NCBI GenBank assembly: GCA_050575255.1
Contig: JBNZDD010013692.1
Span: 3,535,379 to 3,599,378 of the forward strand
Direction: 5' to 3'
From: Harriotta raleighana
Taxonomy: Eukaryota
DNA: 64,000 nt
The translations under genes were made by a program, and so were the position numbers. This document shows positions 57,491 through 64,000 of the stretch, piece after piece. Within the stretch, counting starts at the first letter, position 1; each line of letters opens with the position of its first letter. Under the pieces are notes generated by a model, which saw nothing but the letters and a program-made list of their open reading frames with translations, searched no databases and was not told where the DNA came from.

Positions 57491-59363
57491 GGTGTAAGAA
57501 CAATTGGGCCTACCATAGGCTGAATGCAACAATCTACTCCTTGCAACTTCATAATAGGATTGGCAATTTTCAGCAATCCAGGGCCTGTCAAACCCTTTTA
57601 TTATAACTGATAACAACGGTAACCATTCACCAGAAGGTCCTTTAGTAAACCAACTTCTGCCAAAAATTCATTAGTTTTTGTTCCTTCTTATTCTTATTTC
57701 AAACTTCCTGCCCTTCGCTGTTGCCAGGAAGGGTAATTGAGGCCAGGATGTTGGTCTCACTTAAAAAATAGTTTGACGCTGTGCTGGGTAGATGGTAGGG
57801 TGGGCGTTCTGGAAGGATGAGATGAGCTGAGCCAAAGATGGCTTCCTGTGATCTTGTGGTATTCAGATTTGGACAATGCAGCATTTTGAGCAAAGCTTCG
57901 AAGTGTTAACAGATCAGCAATGCTCCCAACTGCCAGGCACAAAATCCATTTCCAAATCCTTAGATTGATCAAAGAGAATTACAGAGCTAAAATAGTTAAT
58001 TAACGCCTGATTTCCTGAACTCCTGGTGACAGAGGGAGAAAGCAGCAATGACCAGACCAAGAAAGTGGAATGAGGTCACAAAAAAAGAAAGAGTAATAGT
58101 GAAACAGATCCAGTAAATCACTGCAACAAAGTGCGGGAAGGAGGTTTTATATGGAGTATTTTCTTGAAAATGGGATGCAAATTATGAAAGCATATATCAC
58201 ACAATGCAGAAAGGGAATAACTAACAGGGAAATAAAGGGCACATGTCATGCTGAAAACATCCCTGGCTGCAGCAAAATAGCAGCCTGGAGATGCAAGAAT
58301 GTTATCTGCTGAATTTTAAAACAGGACATTGAAGGGTGGTACATGCAGCCAAATCTTTCTCAGTGTTGAACAGTTTGGACTGCTGAGCACAGACAATAGA
58401 GGGGAAAACAATACATGCAACTCACACAAAAATTTGACTTGGCAGAAAAAATGAGTGCTTCCCAATGGGGCCTGACTGGGAGATACAATAGCTGGAGCGT
58501 CAGGATTTTGAATGCTGGCTGGAAAATTACAGCCATTTTTATCAGACACCCTGCCACGCTGCAGAGTGTCTCAGGGGCACACAACACAAAGAAACATCGC
58601 AGACATGATCATAGCATTTCCTTTAGATAAGGTTAAACTGGCTACTCATGGTACTGGAGTTATGGAAAGGGATTTAATTTTTGGTACGAGGCATGAGAAT
58701 CCGAGAGAGTACTCAACAAGCAACATGTAATGTGGGGCCACTTGATCGGTGACTCCCCACACAAAGCTATGCACAGCCCAGCTGCTCCTCTTCCAATGTG
58801 TTGGAAAATTGGACAGTAGTTTGTTCTCACATGACTCCTTCTTTCTTTCCCATCCACACCCTCTGTCTGACACTGACAACCATGCTCTTGTAGTCTATCA
58901 TTCTCCTCCCTTGCCACTCTTACAGTTCCTCAGCTCTTCATCCAACTTTTTCTTTCCCAGGACTTCAAGTCTGTGAACTCATTCCTTCCTTCCCTTAGCC
59001 TCATCGACCTGCTGCAATCTGCAGGCTTTTAAAATCAAAGCATTACTTCTCAATTTATATTATTTTCTCCCTTGTTGCTTTCGACCTCACTGCGCTTGGG
59101 ATCCTTGGATAAAGTTTGTTAATAACAGAGCAATAAAAGTCGGGCTGGTTATATAACAACACTATCAGAATCCTGGCAGGCAGCAAGCTATGTGTAGATT
59201 CAGTGTGTGGCAGAGGATTGGGAGACATTGGTGAGGGAATAGGGGAAAAATAAAAACTAATTGAAACAATAACAATAGTCTAGGAATAATTATTGGTCTG
59301 CCTGAGGGATCATTTTTAAAAATTGGAAATATTAATTTTAGCATCCTCTAAAAATATGTTGCT

Positions 59364-59592
59364 TAACAACAACAACAAATTACATTTGTAAAACATCATT
59401 TCTGTCAGGAGGATGACGTAAGGCGCTGTACAGTCAAGAAGTTGGAATCAAGCGGGGTGGAGTTTAAGGACGGTGGGGATAGGAGGGCGACGAAAGGCGC
59501 AGTCGAAGAAGAGATTCTTGAGACTGGCCTCGAAGGTGGCAAGCAAGGGGATGAGGCGAAGAGACTGTGGGATGGAGTTCCAAAGCTCAGGT
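59364..59592 (-). mobile_element. L2 LINE 3' end
   Basis: (AAC)n AAATTACATTTG...GGAGGATGACGTAAGGCGCTG...CTTGAGACTGGCCTCGAAGG, same as the 9220 element. Confidence 0.8.
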
Positions 59593-61743
59593 TACCTTAA
59601 TAAGGCTTTCTTAAGCAATGTTCACAATCCGAATCCCTTCAGTTTTTCACCCTTGCAAAGCAGTGCAGTCATAAGGATATTTCTCCACAAAAGTGTTCAG
59701 TGGTGTGCATAGACTTTGTTGGTGGAGGACAAGAAAGCTTGGCCTGACATTGCACAACACACTGTTGGTTGAGACCCGGGTCACAGCTCAAAACATATGC
59801 GGTTCACCATTTCTCCATTGAAAGCTTATTCAAATCAGAGTTGCTCAGAGAATAATGAGCTTCAGACAAGGAAAATAACACCTGTGAAGGCCTTTATATT
59901 GATATTTATTTACACTTTTCTGGAGAGACAGACAGACAAACAGCCAGCCAGATCAATCAATCGATTCGCTCTCCCTTCAGTCCTCTGCCTCTCAGTCACT
60001 TTTACACTGACCTAGATGTGAACCTCCAGACAGAGCCTGTCAGTTCTGTCACTTGAGCTCTCCATCTCCCAGCGTTTGAAGAAAAAAAATATCTGTTAAT
60101 ATCATAAATAGGTGCAAAATTAGGTACAGCCTCAACTATTGTGAGCAGCAATCTTCTCAGGGGAAGCCTGGCTTGAAATAGTTCAGACTGCAAACAGCAG
60201 AGTTGCCCCTATCTCCCTCCCCTCCAGCTGCTGTCTTTCACAACACCAGCCACCTCTAGTTAGCTTGTTTTTCCTTGTAGATATGACACTGGGTGTGGGT
60301 TGAGAGGGCTCTGGGGAACATAGTGAAGTTAATCATTTCCCCAAGGAGGGCGAGGTACACTCCTGGGACAAGGCGAGAAAGCGTTGGATAAGAAACTAAA
60401 GAACCCAGTTAAGATTCTGCATGTCTGAGCTGCCACTGCACTTTCCAGTGAAAGGCACTTCCTCCCCATGGAAATGGCTCACAAGGGGAAAACACATTAG
60501 ATCTAACGGCAATGTGGACTCCCACAGCCTCTTCCAGGCACAGCCTTTCCTACAGGGTACGGGGCTGTATTACGTCTCACAACAAATGGCATGTTTAACA
60601 GCTCATTTATTGTTTCCCTCCCTCCCCGTCAAAAATTAATGGGAGACTGTTGTGACCTGAACCTACAACTGTGAGGTGATTCACAGCACTACTGGGCTAA
60701 AGTACAATTGAAGCAAACTCTGGCTCAATCCATCAGGCCGTCACCTCTAGCAACTAGCAACGGAAAGCTCCTGAACCTTCAAAACTACTGAGGAATGACT
60801 TATTTTCAATTCTGACCATTTTTTTTTGAAAGCTTTGTGATATATCTGACAGGGCCCAGATTTTTTTTCTAAAAATGATATCATCAGGGTCAGTTTTCAA
60901 ACCCTGCTGGAGGCTGCTTTTCTGTGAGGAGTTTAAGGTGTTGAGCAGCCCCTTGAAGAGCTGACACTTGGACACTGAGAGTTTATTCTTCTGCCAGACG
61001 TGATAAAAGTGCCTACTAGCCACTCTCTGATAATACCACTCAGTCCTTTCAAACAAGCCCAGCACTGCAGTTGCTAATTTATCCCACATGGTCCCTGCTT
61101 CCCAACGGAGCTGTTCACCATTTCCTCCCGAGTTTAATTTGATCCAAACCAAACAATTCTTGAAGAATAGGTCTGATTCAAGTTCCTGTCATGTGCATGT
61201 CAGCTTTTCACCCCCTGCCCCTCCTTCCTAACCCTCCCACCATCAGATTCAAAGCCAGCAGTGGCTTGAAAGATGGAAGCTGCCATCAGAGCTGGAGCAA
61301 AGAGCCATAATGGAAATCGTATAAGTCAGGCAACCTGAGGCTGCACTGTGGAGTGTATCGTAAAGAAAGGTTTTCACTGCATTGCAAAAAGAGAGGGCTA
61401 TGGGACCTCAAACTGGATTCTCCAGCGCCTCATTTTCTACAGTGGATACACAATGAATCATTGGATCTGTCCAGTCAGGTCTGTGCACTGGATAACCAAT
61501 GATTTTACAAATCCATGGGCTTTTCTCTTATAAATCATTAGCTAAAGCGAGTGCTCTAATAGCTTTGCCAGAGCTTAAGCCATGAGCGTTAACCCTTTCC
61601 CAATCTGCGTGAGGATTTCTGCCCAATGAAGTCAATACTTTGTTTATCGGAGGGAAAGCGGACGCATTTAGCATAATCTGCTAATGGGAGTTGAACCTCA
61701 TCTTATGCGCAATGTTAATCATGAGGGCTACTCACTGCAATAA

Positions 61744-61890
61744 AAATAATAATAATAACATTTGGTACACTGCCATTCACAGCAGGAAGATGTCTCAAAG
61801 CCCTTCACTGTAAAATATAGTGACTGTATTTTTCAGGAGAGCATGGGAACAAATTTCCACACAGCAATGTCTCATAAACCAGCATGAAGT
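61744..61890 (-). mobile_element. DeuSINE/family A 3' half
   Basis: (AAT)n...GATGTCTCAAAGCCCTTCAC...CACACAGCAATGTCTCATAAAC. Confidence 0.65.
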
Positions 61891-62940
61891 GAGAAATCAG
61901 GCAGGCGCCTTTTTGTTTCCCATTTGATAACTGAAAGTCAAAATACATTAATGAGGACGACTCACTAATCGAAGTAAAATAGACTACTGATTACCTTTAA
62001 CGGGGAGTTTCACTTGAGATGTGCTATGCCACTCCACATGTCCGTATTGTTTACAGACATTCAACCTGGGAACTGGACAACTTAGAAAGCAGCATGGGGT
62101 TGTCATTGCTGAGGAGACTCGTATCAGAGCCCCCCACCACTCTCTTACTGCCCCCAGTCAGTCTATTACCGTGCCATTAGATCCCAGCTGGAATCCAGCA
62201 TTCCACAATGGTATCAGGCTATTCAGTCACTAACAGGAATGACATCCATTTCACGAATTTCTTCTTTGTTGCCACATCCATTAATAAATGCACTGCACAA
62301 CCAGAGAAGGCAGGTAAGAGTTAAAGACTATTTCACTCCTGAATTGTACCTTTCTTTCTCTTTGCGAGTATCATTATTGTTTCACATCCTTTTGCTCTTG
62401 ACAGCAATTGCCCAGAATTCAATTAACAGACACACGATAATAATGCGTTACGTTGCGTATTTTCCTTATCCCTGTTATTAAAGCATTATCAGTTGTCGTT
62501 GTTATGACAATACGATGGAGAAAAAGATTTATCCTCCAGGGTTTCTGACACAAACTAGTGTTTGTGTTCTCAAGTCCTGGTGGTCTCCAAGGCTCACGTG
62601 AGACTCATTTACTCATAAAGGAGTACACGCCTCTATACTGGCAAGGCGCATTTGCTTAAAAGAACTATTATCTCTCTGAGTGGTTGTTCTATATATCTCT
62701 ACCTATATCCGGAAGGCGTGACAACTAGCTGAAAGCCTGTCGGACTGACAGTAAATGTAATACTGGATGCTCTCTCAAGTTTTGATTTAGTTAAAGGCTG
62801 ATCTCTCGCTAGCCAGTAATCGCATGCTAGTCTGCAAGCCAGAAATCCAATGCTTTGTAGATCCAGCTTTACAGATATTGTCACTGAGAACGGCATTTGC
62901 CTCTAGGTACACAAGATAAGGTACATATTTATCACATTCC

Positions 62941-63230
62941 ATGCATTTCATATAGCGCTTTTCACATCCTCTAGACGCTCAAAGCTTCACAGAACATACT
63001 GTAAAGTGAATTGACTGTATATTTGTGGGCGAAACATGGCAGCCAATTGTGCACAGGAGTGTCCCACAAACAGTCATGGATTCAAATGACCAATTGATTA
63101 TTTGTTTGAGGAATTTTTATTAGGCATGTCGAGTAAGGAAACTTGCCCAAGGTTTCAACCTGCCAGGAATTGAACCCAGGTTTCTCGCTTGTAAGGCGAA
63201 TGCTCTAACCACTGAGCAACAGGACTCCAC
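62941..63230 (-). mobile_element. SINE family A, full length
   Basis: Minus strand GTGGAGTCCTGTTGCTCAGTGGTTAGAGCATTCGCCTTACAAGCGAGAAACCTGGGTTCAATTCC (Pol III A and B boxes), then CCTTGGGCAAGTTTCC, Deu segment and L2-type tail. Confidence 0.95.
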
Positions 63231-64000
63231 GGATTGTTCAATGTCAATCGTAACCCGTACCGGCAGCTTGTGTGAAGCCTGCTTTGATCACCCAGGTGTC
63301 AGGGTTAAGCTAAACCCGGATCCGTAAATCCGATTCACATTGTAAAGACTGAAAAGCATTAACCGTCCTGTGCTTTATAGGTTTCTGGCTCGCTGACCAC
63401 TGCAACATTTGAGGTTGGGGGGAGGGGAGGGGAGGTGGGGGGGGAGCGGAAATGGTCCCGTGCACCTCCAGCACATCCAGGGAATATTTAATGTGACGAA
63501 TAACAAATGACCAACAGACTGATCCCATCGTTACCTGTGCTCCCCTGAGCAGGCTCAAACCGCAGCCCAAATGGCCAGGCATGCGTTTCACACTGGCTTT
63601 ATGTCAGGGATTCAAAAAGGGTGTGGCGCAGTGCCAAAACTCCACTATAAAAAGCAGCATTAAAGTTACCCCCCACTCTTGTTATAACATTATCCTTAGT
63701 TGCCAAGTATTTTTTTGTACTGTAATGAGGCATGTGCCGCAATGAATGTCCCACAACAACACACAGTGCAACATGAGAGAGTCGGGAGCCCAGTGCAGTA
63801 GCTTTATAAATGGGAGCCAGTGTAACATCTGGCTTTATAATGAGGATGGCGGTTCATTATTTTTCTTTTAAAAAATCCATATGAGAATTCGAAGTTTCTA
63901 ACTCAACCTGCTTTTCAATAACACAAGACTTTGGTCCAGCGAACACAGCCCTTTCCTTTTACACTCCCTTCTACCCCGTCCCTCTACCACTCAGACACAG

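Noticed and set aside
57699-57972. Second MLHC-starting ORF sharing 13 bp with the 53945 start
   Set aside because: 13-mer matches are expected by chance in 64 kb and the similarity does not extend
60754-61152. 132 aa minus-strand ORF
   Set aside because: No recognisable domain and no strong splice donor
63160-63230. tRNA gene (also at 13798 and 55940)
   Set aside because: These are SINE heads continuing into SINE body, lacking a paired acceptor stem and a Pol III terminator

Overview
This is eukaryotic, vertebrate non-coding DNA. It is most likely from a cartilaginous fish: the repeat complement resembles what I recall for the elephant shark Callorhinchus milii, which is inference and not a database hit. 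The window is dominated by retroposons: a tRNA-headed SINE with a Deu-domain segment and an L2-type tail (more than 20 copies), longer DeuSINEs, AmnSINE2-like copies, an LF-SINE-like copy, L2 and CR1 LINE 3' fragments, and one Penelope-like insertion with a decayed hammerhead ribozyme. It also carries non-autonomous DNA transposons (three Tigger/pogo-type MITEs with TA target duplications, plus hAT-type ends). Five single-N junctions flanked by near-identical direct repeats are scaffolding overlaps, not real duplications. No complete protein-coding gene, tRNA/rRNA gene, CRISPR array or prokaryotic system is supported. The best coding signal is a minus-strand first-exon candidate at 53758-53945, encoding a signal-peptide/TM-like N-terminus with a perfect GTAAGT donor. 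Weaker minus-strand first-exon candidates suggest the window is the 5' intron region of a large multi-promoter gene I could not identify. The most unusual structures are the Penelope-like insertion (26349-26572) and a 95%-identical ~240 bp inverted duplication whose left copy is bracketed by a 30 bp direct repeat (40054-41542). Boundaries of old repeats are approximate, and repeat family names come from recalled consensus sequences.
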